A DNA stretch of 64,000 nucleotides from Phapecoctavirus 536P1. Below are positions 29,214 through 37,589 of this stretch, in pieces (the stretch's first letter is position 1; the number at the start of each line of letters is the position of its first letter). Below the pieces are notes generated by a model that saw only the letters and a list, made by a program, of their open reading frames with translations, searched no databases and was not told the origin of the DNA. Position numbers and translations under genes: made by a program. The stretch lies in the sequence record OZ035728.1. The stretch is one strand, 5' to 3'.

Positions 29214-29262
29214 ATTCCCCGCTTCATGTGATATATCTTACTCTTTTTAAGAACTATGTCAA
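29214..29262 (-). promoter_or_regulatory. promoter-hairpin cassette upstream of terC (same architecture as the 51-60 kb array)
   Basis: minus strand reads TTGACA-N16-TAAGAT, then GCGGGGAA-TAG-TTCCCCGC stem-loop, then AAAGAGAGGAG leader and terC ATG. Confidence 0.6.
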
Positions 29263-29265
29263 CAC

Positions 29266-29487
29266 TTATTTTGTTGAATGAGAGGAAAAGATTCCTCGTA
29301 ATACCGCCAGAATAAACGAAACACAAACCACGGTCCAGAAGGTTACTGGGACAGTGATATCTGCATGACCCATAACTTCAGCAACATAGTTGTAAGCCAG
29401 CAACAGTAACCAAGCTGGAATCAAACTAAGCATAAAAGCAATAACAAAAAAGCTTACCACTGCAACAATACCTGCAAAAACACCCAT
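29266..29487 (-). CDS. small membrane protein
   Basis: 73 aa, two hydrophobic helices; SD AGAGGAG. Confidence 0.55.
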   Translation of the reverse strand: MGVFAGIVAVVSFFVIAFMLSLIPAWLLLLAYNYVAEVMGHADITVPVTFWTVVCVSFILAVLRGIFSSHSTK

Positions 29488-29499
29488 ACTAATCTCCTC

Positions 29500-29973
29500 T
29501 TAAAGTTTATAAATAGTCACATCGTGACCTGTTTTTACTAAAGTTTCTTCAATCATCACTTGGATGATAGCCCAATTACCTCCAGCATATCCAGCGCCAA
29601 TCATAGGTAAGCCGATCTTACATTTTTGGTCACGGAGAAGCAAATCATTAGCCATAGCTATTAGTGCATCGTAAAGTGCATCATAGTCCAACTGACGACC
29701 TTTAGCATTGTATCCGTAACGGTATTGTCCGTATAGATTATATACCAAAGGGTCTGATTGTTCGTCTGGCACCCCTAAACTAAAAGAACCTAACTTACTT
29801 TGATCACCAGCCATTGTGTCTAAATCTGCCGCATATGCATAAGGGAATGCTCGTTTAATTTGCGGAGCAATTCCTGCTCCCATATTACACATACAATTGC
29901 AACAATGAGCAATAACAGTTACTTCTCCTGCTTTAGCGGCATCAATAAGATTACCTGTTTTCATTTTAAGCAT
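29500..29973 (-). CDS. macro domain protein (ADP-ribose binding/processing)
   Basis: start at internal ATG with SD AAGGAG (track ORF extends to 30078); VIAHCCNCMCNMGAGIA and LPMIGAGYAGG macro-like blocks. Confidence 0.55.
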   Translation of the reverse strand: MLKMKTGNLIDAAKAGEVTVIAHCCNCMCNMGAGIAPQIKRAFPYAYAADLDTMAGDQSKLGSFSLGVPDEQSDPLVYNLYGQYRYGYNAKGRQLDYDALYDALIAMANDLLLRDQKCKIGLPMIGAGYAGGNWAIIQVMIEETLVKTGHDVTIYKL

Positions 29974-29986
29974 TTTTAGCTCCTTA

Positions 29987-30814
29987 TTACAGAATATGTT
30001 GTTTTGTGTAACGATCCAAGAATTCAAAGTTTTCAGCATACTTTGAAATTCGGTTGTAACCTTCTCCCAAACATCCAAAGAAAAGTTGCTCTACATAGTA
30101 GTGTGGCAATTGGCTAAGAATGATTTTGAAGTCTTCGTGATTTTGGCCCATAAGATACTTAATAGGACGAACAAGGCACTGTGCATCACGTTCTTCATTA
30201 ATCATTTTAACAAACGCTTCTGGTGTATTAATGTAGTTAAAATTCAGTTTAGCTTCGGTATCTGCTTGATTACCTTCGTATTTTGCAAAATACAAGAAGT
30301 AAACATCATTTTTAACTTGATTTTCATCAAGGATCTCAATCAGTTTGTCTTCATGCGTTCCAGTGATATTTACATCATCAATGAATACAAGCTTCTTATC
30401 ACCCCAGAATTCTTTGTTGCAGTAGAATGTATCACCATCAATAAGTTTCTTACGACTAGCTTTATCCAAGAAACCATAATCGTTGATATAGCTAACTTTA
30501 CGATGAATAATGTCCAGTTCTGCTGAACGACCTTGATCATATTGTGATTGCAACATATTAAAATAATTAATAAAATGATCTGTCATCATTGTTGCAGCAT
30601 TATGCACATGGTTATAAGGAGAAGGAATGATAACAAATTGTTCCCCAATATGTTTCATTGCCACTTGAGCAAAAAACTGAAGTGCCAATTCTTTACCCAT
30701 ACGACGCGCAGCCTGGTTACTACCAAATTTCAATTTTGAATAATCTTGGATATCAAAAGTAGCAGTTTCCAAGTCATCAAATTTATTTGCAAAAATTTGA
30801 GTTTGATTACGCAT
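29987..30814 (-). CDS. type I phosphoribosyltransferase-family protein
   Basis: 275 aa; PRPP-binding-like KKLVFIDDVNITGTH; SD GAGGAG. Confidence 0.55.
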   Translation of the reverse strand: MRNQTQIFANKFDDLETATFDIQDYSKLKFGSNQAARRMGKELALQFFAQVAMKHIGEQFVIIPSPYNHVHNAATMMTDHFINYFNMLQSQYDQGRSAELDIIHRKVSYINDYGFLDKASRKKLIDGDTFYCNKEFWGDKKLVFIDDVNITGTHEDKLIEILDENQVKNDVYFLYFAKYEGNQADTEAKLNFNYINTPEAFVKMINEERDAQCLVRPIKYLMGQNHEDFKIILSQLPHYYVEQLFFGCLGEGYNRISKYAENFEFLDRYTKQHIL

Positions 30815-31463
30815 TTACAATTTCTCCTCTTTTAAGTTTCTCTAGTAAGTCGTTAGGGTTCTTAATATGACAAAAGTTAAATCCTAAGTCAACACATTTT
30901 CCATCATATTCTTCACTATCGCCTACGTGCAACACTTCGTGCCCTAATAGAGGGATCGGAGAATACGTGAGCGTGCGAGCAAAGAATCGCGGGTCTGGTT
31001 TACAAAGTAAAGCTTCATCCGAGAAATGGGTGAACTCAAAACAATTCCAACTATCAAACTTACAAGCACGACGCAGGATATCCCCTGATATGAAGTTGGT
31101 GTTGCTCTTAATACTCAAATCATAACGCCCCGAAAGATACAGCAAGTACATCGGCAGATCTACGGCTACGTGTGGTGGAAACTTAAGGAACCACTGTTCA
31201 CACTCGAAACGAAGCTTTGCAGACTTCCAAGGCGTTATCCCAAGTTCAGAACCAAGTCTTTCCCAGGCGTATGCTGCACACTCGGCTTTGCCTTGAAGTG
31301 CTGCATTATCCAGTTCCTTTTTGATCTTTTTATAAGCTGCTCTTGCTTCCACTTCCGTAATATCTCCATATTTTGCGATAGTCCAGGCTCGCATGTCTGC
31401 GTAATTGGAGTTTGCTGTGATCAGTGTGTTCCATACATCAAAAGAGATATGTTTAATAGTCAT
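30807..31463 (-). CDS. HAD-superfamily hydrolase/phosphatase-like protein
   Basis: 218 aa; motif I-like ISFDVWNTLI and motif IV-like HVGDSEEYD. Confidence 0.5.
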   Translation of the reverse strand: MTIKHISFDVWNTLITANSNYADMRAWTIAKYGDITEVEARAAYKKIKKELDNAALQGKAECAAYAWERLGSELGITPWKSAKLRFECEQWFLKFPPHVAVDLPMYLLYLSGRYDLSIKSNTNFISGDILRRACKFDSWNCFEFTHFSDEALLCKPDPRFFARTLTYSPIPLLGHEVLHVGDSEEYDGKCVDLGFNFCHIKNPNDLLEKLKRGEIVNA

Positions 31464-31464
31464 A

Positions 31465-32070
31465 TTAAGCCCACCATGCGTCTAAGTTAAGATTACTGTC
31501 CACTACTACTTGTTCTATGTGGTAGCCTTTTATCTGTATCCCACTGTTCAAGAGCATATCATACGCTTCATTGAAACGCAACTTATCTTCTGCGGAATAT
31601 AAGCGAGCATTATAAAATCGGTAATCAATTTCTTCAGCATTAGAAGAAATACGGAAGAAGTTTGTTTCTACTTCGGGATCACTTGCTGAAGTCTTAATGT
31701 GAACTTCTCCATAATTTTCTTTACTTAGATCCATGAAAAGAACACAGGCGACATGTTTAAACATTCGTTCCAGTTTGTAACGAACAACATTGAAACCTGC
31801 ATTCTCAAGTTTTTCTACACACTGCAACATTAAAGTAGTGTCGAGATCGCTTTGATATTTTGTTAACATACGATCACGTTGAGATTTTGTATCCCGATGT
31901 AAATCAATTGTTGTGCATTTGGCACCAATAATCTTAGCTGCTTTCATCAACTCTTCAGAACTAACGTTAGATAAAGTAAGATGAAAATGGGCTTTCCACA
32001 CTTTTTTAGCAGGGACACCAAAAGATTTATCCCCGCTATTTGGCATGTTAACTACTACACTATGTTGCAT
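31465..32070 (-). CDS. hypothetical protein
   Basis: start at ATG after SD GAGGAG (track begins at adjacent GTG). Confidence 0.55.
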   Translation of the reverse strand: MQHSVVVNMPNSGDKSFGVPAKKVWKAHFHLTLSNVSSEELMKAAKIIGAKCTTIDLHRDTKSQRDRMLTKYQSDLDTTLMLQCVEKLENAGFNVVRYKLERMFKHVACVLFMDLSKENYGEVHIKTSASDPEVETNFFRISSNAEEIDYRFYNARLYSAEDKLRFNEAYDMLLNSGIQIKGYHIEQVVVDSNLNLDAWWA

Positions 32071-32085
32071 CACTTATCTCCTCAC

Positions 32086-32277
32086 TTAAAATGGAAGTCT
32101 TTGAAGTTCATCTCCTCCGATATCAAGTAATTTAGCAACATCTCGATCAGAAAGCAACTCTTTTCTTTGTAAAATATCCACAAGGGTTGCAAGAATGTCC
32201 TTAACGTCCCGATCACTGTTCTTCAAAAGTTCTCCTGCCGTCCCTACTCTATCTCCTACAGCAAAATATGTAACCAT
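32086..32277 (-). CDS. hypothetical small protein
   Basis: start at internal ATG with SD AGGAGG (track ORF extends to 32310). Confidence 0.45.
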   Translation of the reverse strand: MVTYFAVGDRVGTAGELLKNSDRDVKDILATLVDILQRKELLSDRDVAKLLDIGGDELQRLPF

Positions 32278-32290
32278 GAAACCTCCTAAG

Positions 32291-32761
32291 TTAATCTGAT
32301 TGCCAACCACTTGCCGTTTTGGTCCATAATCTTTGATTATCTGACCCTCTGAAAGGTTTTGTAGTTGGATTGTTTATTTCATACTTTCCGTCTACAATAA
32401 TGTCAACAAGATTTTTAATATACAAAGGCACTTCCTCAAAAGTATATCCTGTATACACCATTATATCTTTGCTTGACCCATAAACGTCTCTAACCTTTTC
32501 TATAAGGTTTTTAACATTGTAAATATTCTGCGGATCTAATGGCTCTCCTCCTAAAATTGTTAAACCTTTTACAAACGGTCTTGACAAATCTTTTAAAACT
32601 TGCTCTACATTTTCGTGAGTAAATGGTTTCCCATAAGAATAAGACCAGGCTTTTTGGTTAAAACAGCCACGACAACCGTGGCTACAACCACTAACCCAGA
32701 GGGAGCACCTAACTCCCTCGCCATTAATAAGATCTACAGGTTCATATCCTGCAAAATTCAA
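32291..32761 (-). CDS. nrdG: anaerobic ribonucleotide reductase activating protein (radical SAM)
   Basis: 156 aa; YEPVDLINGEGVRCSLWVSGCSHGCRGCFN matches NrdG N-terminus with CxxxCxxC cluster; TTG start overlapping nrdD stop. Confidence 0.85.
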   Translation of the reverse strand: MNFAGYEPVDLINGEGVRCSLWVSGCSHGCRGCFNQKAWSYSYGKPFTHENVEQVLKDLSRPFVKGLTILGGEPLDPQNIYNVKNLIEKVRDVYGSSKDIMVYTGYTFEEVPLYIKNLVDIIVDGKYEINNPTTKPFRGSDNQRLWTKTASGWQSD

Positions 32762-33729
32762 AGATGTTTCTCCCTTTGCAAAACTTCCTGCATTTTACCT
32801 TTGTTGTAAGGGCGTGAATTAGGGGCAGAAAGATACCCTGACACACGTCTAACTACAGAAATAGTTTCTTCTTCATGGTTGCCACAATCAGGACACTCAA
32901 ACCCTTTAGCCGTTGCCTTAAATTCTCCATGAAAACCACACTTAAAGCATTGATCCACGGGCTGATTAATACCAAAATAGTGAATATGTTCATAAGCGTA
33001 GTCTACTAAAGTCTCCAAAGCTTCTAAGTTATTCTTTAAGTTTGGTGTTTCTACGTAACTTATGTTACCACCATTACTAATCTGTGCAAAACCTGCTTCA
33101 TAATCCCATTTTTCAAAAGGATTTGTTACCAACCATACAGGTTGATGAAAAGAGTTAGTAAGATAGTCTCTTTCTACCAAACCTGGGTATTTTTCATTTA
33201 AAGCTGTTGCAAACTTATAGCACAAGGATTCTGCTGGAGTTCCATAGAGACTAAACGCCAGCTTAGATCGCTCTTTAAACACAGCACACACATCTTTCAT
33301 ATGTTGCAGAATGTTTTTACCAAGTTCCTTTTTATCTTTTTCTTCTGGATAAAGGATTTCCAAAGCTTCAGCAAGACCTACATAACCAATACTAATAGAA
33401 GCATAACCACCTTCAAACAAAACACCAATTTCATCATTGGCATTTAAACGCGCTAAAGCCCCTTCCATGAAAAGAATAGGGTTTTCAGATGCTTTGGTAT
33501 GTCTGATACGGTTTACACGTAGCATGTGAGCATCGTAGGCTATCTCCATATGTTTATTAAGAAGATCGGTGAAAGATTCTCCTTTACTTCTCGCTTCCGC
33601 AGCAATCAGAGGCAAGTTGATAGAAACTACTCCAAGGTTGAATCGTCCATCATATTTTTCTCCTTGCTCTGTTGCATAGTATGACAAGAAACTTCTACAC
33701 ATTATGTTCAAAGTGGCTCGCAAGGCCAC
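32758..33729 (-). CDS. nrdD: anaerobic ribonucleoside-triphosphate reductase, C-terminal part (downstream exon/fragment)
   Basis: Zn-ribbon CFKCG...CPDCG and glycyl-radical motif RRVSGYL at C-terminus; first residues of the ORF are probably insertion-derived. Confidence 0.75.
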   Translation of the reverse strand: MALRATLNIMCRSFLSYYATEQGEKYDGRFNLGVVSINLPLIAAEARSKGESFTDLLNKHMEIAYDAHMLRVNRIRHTKASENPILFMEGALARLNANDEIGVLFEGGYASISIGYVGLAEALEILYPEEKDKKELGKNILQHMKDVCAVFKERSKLAFSLYGTPAESLCYKFATALNEKYPGLVERDYLTNSFHQPVWLVTNPFEKWDYEAGFAQISNGGNISYVETPNLKNNLEALETLVDYAYEHIHYFGINQPVDQCFKCGFHGEFKATAKGFECPDCGNHEEETISVVRRVSGYLSAPNSRPYNKGKMQEVLQREKHL

Positions 33730-34520
33730 TCCCGCACCATTACGTGCTGCTGCATGTCACCATGCAGATCAGACTATATCTTCATGCTTAAAGCATGTCT
33801 ACCATTTGGGGTGTCATAGGCTTACACCCTACGCTGCTACATTCATCACAGCTAGTCGTTAGGCATTTCGTAACAGAACTCATAATCATAATTATTTGGT
33901 GCTCCTTGTTTTAAGATTGCAGATATTCTTTTTCTGTCCAACCCTAAAGCGTCAGCACAACATCTCAGACTTTTAAAGTAAAAAACTTCACCAGTAGCCT
34001 TATGAGTAGCTTTTACACTGTGACACCTTGTGTAGAAAGCATAACAGTTATTATCGTAACCCTCTTGCGTGTTGTCTGGACAAGATCCCCACTCAAGATT
34101 GTATACACTGTTGTCTTTCCTATTGTCACCTTTATGCTTCACATAAGGTAAATTGTCTGGATTGGGTAAAAACGCTTCAGCTACAAGTCTGTGCACCCGA
34201 AAGCAAACAGTTTTCTTGTTTTTACGTATTCTGACAAGTTGGTATCCTGTGTTTATTTCTTCCCACGAGCGAAGGATTCTTTCATCCTTATACCTGGTAC
34301 AATAAACATTTCCAAGCTCGTCAATTTCATACCCTTCAAAATCACGAATTTGTTTTCTCATATCAGTACCCCCCTTCTTCTGTGTTGGGAGTTCTGTTAC
34401 GTTTAGCACGGGATTGTCTCTGTTGAGAGTTCCCCCGTTTAGGCAGATTTTACATGAGCAGTTATAGTTTACCCATACTCGTAACAGTGCCATCTGCTGA
34501 TCCCGTAACTTCTTTGTTCA
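33730..34520 (-). mobile_element. insertion splitting nrdD: putative group I intron carrying an HNH homing endonuclease ORF (boundaries approximate)
   Basis: nrdD reading frame broken into 293-aa and 323-aa pieces that together give about 600 aa; about 120 nt of GC-rich, hairpin-rich non-coding sequence lies between HNH stop and downstream nrdD piece. Confidence 0.45.
33852..34361 (-). CDS. HNH homing endonuclease (intron-encoded candidate)
   Basis: start at internal ATG (MRKQIRDFEGYEIDELGNVY); VHRLVAEAF and KHKGDNRKDNSVYNLEWGS HNH-type blocks. Confidence 0.6.
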   Translation of the reverse strand: MRKQIRDFEGYEIDELGNVYCTRYKDERILRSWEEINTGYQLVRIRKNKKTVCFRVHRLVAEAFLPNPDNLPYVKHKGDNRKDNSVYNLEWGSCPDNTQEGYDNNCYAFYTRCHSVKATHKATGEVFYFKSLRCCADALGLDRKRISAILKQGAPNNYDYEFCYEMPND

Positions 34521-35343
34521 AAGGAACAGAAATAAAATCTGGATAAATACGATCAGCACAACATGCCAAAGCTTGTTGCTTAAGGTCATAGTTAGGATCA
34601 CTAGGTTTCATGTTAACACCTTCTTGTAAAAAGAAAATAACTTTAGGGAATACAGGCGTTACATGATCTTTGCCTAGACCGTTACTATGCACTTTAAGAT
34701 AGTTAGCTGTAATCATTCTGCCAAAAACAGAGGTATCCAGACCCATACTGATTGTAATAAAAGGAGATTGTCCATTAACACTCATTAAAGTATTAACCTG
34801 ATACAAGAGAGTTTGCATAGCATCATATACATCTTGTTCGGTCATTTCTAGGGCTTCTTTCCTTGCATAACAACCGTAGCGACGTTTGGTTATCTCCATG
34901 TTTTTAAGGAAACTAGCTTCAACATAAGGACTAAGACCTTTATCAATGTGCGCACACGTCTGACCTCCATACTGACTGGAGGCAACAGCTTGGATAATTT
35001 GAGTTAGCACTGTGGTAGCTACCCCAATAGATTTTGGTTTTTCTATCTGTGCGGCTCCGATCTTAAAACCATTCTCTAACATATCTTGATAATTAACAAG
35101 ACAACAGTTTGTAAGAGGAGAGAGTAGATAATCCAAGTCGTGAATATGTCCAAAACCTTCTGTATGCCATTCTGACAAGTTTTTTGGCAGTATCTGTGTC
35201 ATTGCCATATGTTTGCTTAAAATCCCCGCCAAGAGATCCCTATGCGTGTTAACGAGGTGGGAAGGTTTGTTTGCATTCTCTCTAGTGTATGTTTCTGAAG
35301 TGCGATCTAAAAAAGAAAAAACATCTTGGTACAAATCTTTCAT
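34462..35343 (-). CDS. nrdD: anaerobic ribonucleoside-triphosphate reductase, N-terminal part (upstream exon/fragment; 3' end of ORF runs into insertion)
   Basis: 293-aa ORF upstream of and co-linear with C-terminal nrdD piece; SD AAGGA. Confidence 0.6.
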   Translation of the reverse strand: MKDLYQDVFSFLDRTSETYTRENANKPSHLVNTHRDLLAGILSKHMAMTQILPKNLSEWHTEGFGHIHDLDYLLSPLTNCCLVNYQDMLENGFKIGAAQIEKPKSIGVATTVLTQIIQAVASSQYGGQTCAHIDKGLSPYVEASFLKNMEITKRRYGCYARKEALEMTEQDVYDAMQTLLYQVNTLMSVNGQSPFITISMGLDTSVFGRMITANYLKVHSNGLGKDHVTPVFPKVIFFLQEGVNMKPSDPNYDLKQQALACCADRIYPDFISVPLNKEVTGSADGTVTSMGKL

Positions 35344-35418
35344 TATTAATCCTTATTTTGTGAGTAGAACTATTATTCTACCTCTTCCAACCGAAAAAAG
35401 CTTTGAGGAAAATCAAAA

Positions 35419-35439
35419 AAGGCGCAAAGTGCGCCTTTA
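35419..35439 (-). terminator. intrinsic terminator after the 448-aa gene
   Basis: AAAGGCGCACTTTGCGCCTTT hairpin followed by TTTTTGATTTT on minus strand. Confidence 0.6.
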
Positions 35440-35443
35440 AGTT

Positions 35444-36790
35444 TTATTGTTTGGAGAGGAATTGTCTTCCCATAATCTTACCGTTCTTTACAGCGGTCCC
35501 ATCATGTCCATTATAATCCCAAGTTCCGTCGATATTACGCAAGAAGCTATCACGAACAGTGTAGGCTTTACCGTTCTCTACTTTACTTTCTTCCACAATG
35601 ATCGCCATAACAAGCTTATTTTCAATTTCGGTAGTAACCGATTCTTTGATACCCTCTGTAACTTCACGATCATATTGGATATAAACTCGCTCCTCGGTTA
35701 CTTGCACGTCTACCACATTTTTAAATGTGTAGGTCTGTTGTGTAGTGTAGAGGACACGAACGACACTCTTCTTACCTACTGGCGGCTTCTGACGACGTTT
35801 GCGGTAACGTGGAGATGGGTTAAGTTTAATATAACCTACAATATCTGATCCATCTCCAGAGTGGCTCCAATAAAATGTCTCTGCCAAACCTTTTCCTTGG
35901 TCCCCATTTCGAAAAAGAACATTAACAGGACCATCACAAGGGCGTCTACCTCCGATGTGTGCTTGGTATTTTGCTGTTCTTGGGAGAACAAAATATTCTT
36001 CAATCTGCCATTCACTATCGTATTTCTCCCATTCGAAGTGGTTGGCTTTACATACTTCTAAAACACCATTTTTGTAACGGACTTGAACAAAGTCTTCACA
36101 AGGTTGAATACCTGTATTAGGAATATAGGTAGGCTCTGTGTCTTCTGGTTCAAAAGTCTCTTTTTGTTGTTCCACATCTTCCACTTTTCTTACATGCTTA
36201 GTATAAAACATATCTTTAAACTCCTGCGCTTCAACCTCAACTGCAAATTCATGTTCTCTGACAGCCGGAGGCACAAGGCTTCCACACTCAAGATGCAGCG
36301 CATCCAGACCTGCCATTTTATCGTAAAAGATAACTTTTCGATACTTCTTACCGTCTTCTGGAATAGCAGGGTCTACTCGTTTAAGACGGGAAGCATCGCT
36401 TTTAGTCCAAAAACTCTTCCCTGTTGTATTATTGAAAGTAGTAATCATTTCTTCAATTTCTTCTTCAGAAAGGTTACTAGTGTCTGTGTAAACATCTTCA
36501 ATTTTTAGCATTTTAGTTTTCTTAAGAATTAAATCTAGCATTGCATCTCCTGTAAAACGTAGCTCATTATCTCCTACTGTCGGCTCTCCAGAAAATTCAT
36601 TGGTCCCGACTGTATGACAGATGTATGGAAAATTTGTGCAACCGTGTAAAAGAGCATATTGTCCTGTAAGTTTAGGATCTGTCTCTTTAGTCCAACCATA
36701 TGCAATTTCAATAGCTTTGCAAAGCCTATCGAACAAGCCCCGATTGTTTGCCGCTGTTACCAAATCTTGCTTATGTGTATATACATTCAT
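35444..36790 (-). CDS. hypothetical protein (448 aa)
   Basis: long ORF with SD GAGGAGGG; no motif recognised. Confidence 0.65.
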   Translation of the reverse strand: MNVYTHKQDLVTAANNRGLFDRLCKAIEIAYGWTKETDPKLTGQYALLHGCTNFPYICHTVGTNEFSGEPTVGDNELRFTGDAMLDLILKKTKMLKIEDVYTDTSNLSEEEIEEMITTFNNTTGKSFWTKSDASRLKRVDPAIPEDGKKYRKVIFYDKMAGLDALHLECGSLVPPAVREHEFAVEVEAQEFKDMFYTKHVRKVEDVEQQKETFEPEDTEPTYIPNTGIQPCEDFVQVRYKNGVLEVCKANHFEWEKYDSEWQIEEYFVLPRTAKYQAHIGGRRPCDGPVNVLFRNGDQGKGLAETFYWSHSGDGSDIVGYIKLNPSPRYRKRRQKPPVGKKSVVRVLYTTQQTYTFKNVVDVQVTEERVYIQYDREVTEGIKESVTTEIENKLVMAIIVEESKVENGKAYTVRDSFLRNIDGTWDYNGHDGTAVKNGKIMGRQFLSKQ

Positions 36791-37341
36791 AATAACCCTC
36801 CTCGTTTTATTGCAATAGATGCCCTAGGCTCTGCGATACCAGTGGCGTATAAATACGGATGACCTTGTGGAGAAGTTCTCATCCCAAACGAACCTAATTC
36901 TAACCCATACATATCTTCCACGTCAAGACCAATATCTGTCTCTATGATTTGAGTTTGAACTTTGTAATACGTCCAAAAGAAATAGCGCATAGTTTCGGCA
37001 TATTCTTTGATGGATGCTCCTGGATAAAACTCAATAATTTCCAACTTCAAGAAAATGTTAAAATGAACATCATCTAACTCTTCTTCTGTTCGGTAGCAAG
37101 GTGTTAGAGCCATATAAGGATGATCTGTTGAAAATTCAAACCCGTCTTTCTCCATCTGGAGGAAAGACTGCTCTGCACTGGCTACGTAGAACTTACCATT
37201 AGGATGCCCCAAGGGGCAATCCTCTTTACCTTCTGGTAATGTATATGCAAGGATATCCGCATCTACAAGATAAGGGACTTCCAACATCTCCGCAAATCGC
37301 CCATAGTAATCAATAGCTTGAGCAATAACAGCTACGTTCAT
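36787..37341 (-). CDS. class II aminoacyl-tRNA synthetase-like / AsnA-like catalytic-core protein, tentative
   Basis: 184 aa; YVASAEQSF, ALTPCYRTEEE and GLELGSFGMR resemble class II aaRS motifs; SD GGAGGA. Confidence 0.35.
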   Translation of the reverse strand: MNVAVIAQAIDYYGRFAEMLEVPYLVDADILAYTLPEGKEDCPLGHPNGKFYVASAEQSFLQMEKDGFEFSTDHPYMALTPCYRTEEELDDVHFNIFLKLEIIEFYPGASIKEYAETMRYFFWTYYKVQTQIIETDIGLDVEDMYGLELGSFGMRTSPQGHPYLYATGIAEPRASIAIKRGGLL

Positions 37342-37589
37342 GATCTTCCTCCTGTGCGGAAAGCACGTTTAGTAATGTTGGACATAACGATTAAATCTTG
37401 TAAAGTCATGTCTGGGAACTGTTGTTCTAAAACTCCCTCAACAGCACCTATAATATCTGATAATTCAACAAGTTGCATTATTTTGCAATCCTGTTCAACA
37501 GCATCAAAAAGTTCTTCTACTTCCTCTTTAATCTTTTCTATGCTGCCATAAGGTTGTTTCTTAATGTCTGTTATGTGATACCCTGCCAT
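37338..37589 (-). CDS. MazG-like nucleotide pyrophosphohydrolase, tentative
   Basis: 83 aa all-helical; EEVEELFDAV...ELSD pattern; start abuts helicase stop. Confidence 0.35.
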   Translation of the reverse strand: MAGYHITDIKKQPYGSIEKIKEEVEELFDAVEQDCKIMQLVELSDIIGAVEGVLEQQFPDMTLQDLIVMSNITKRAFRTGGRS

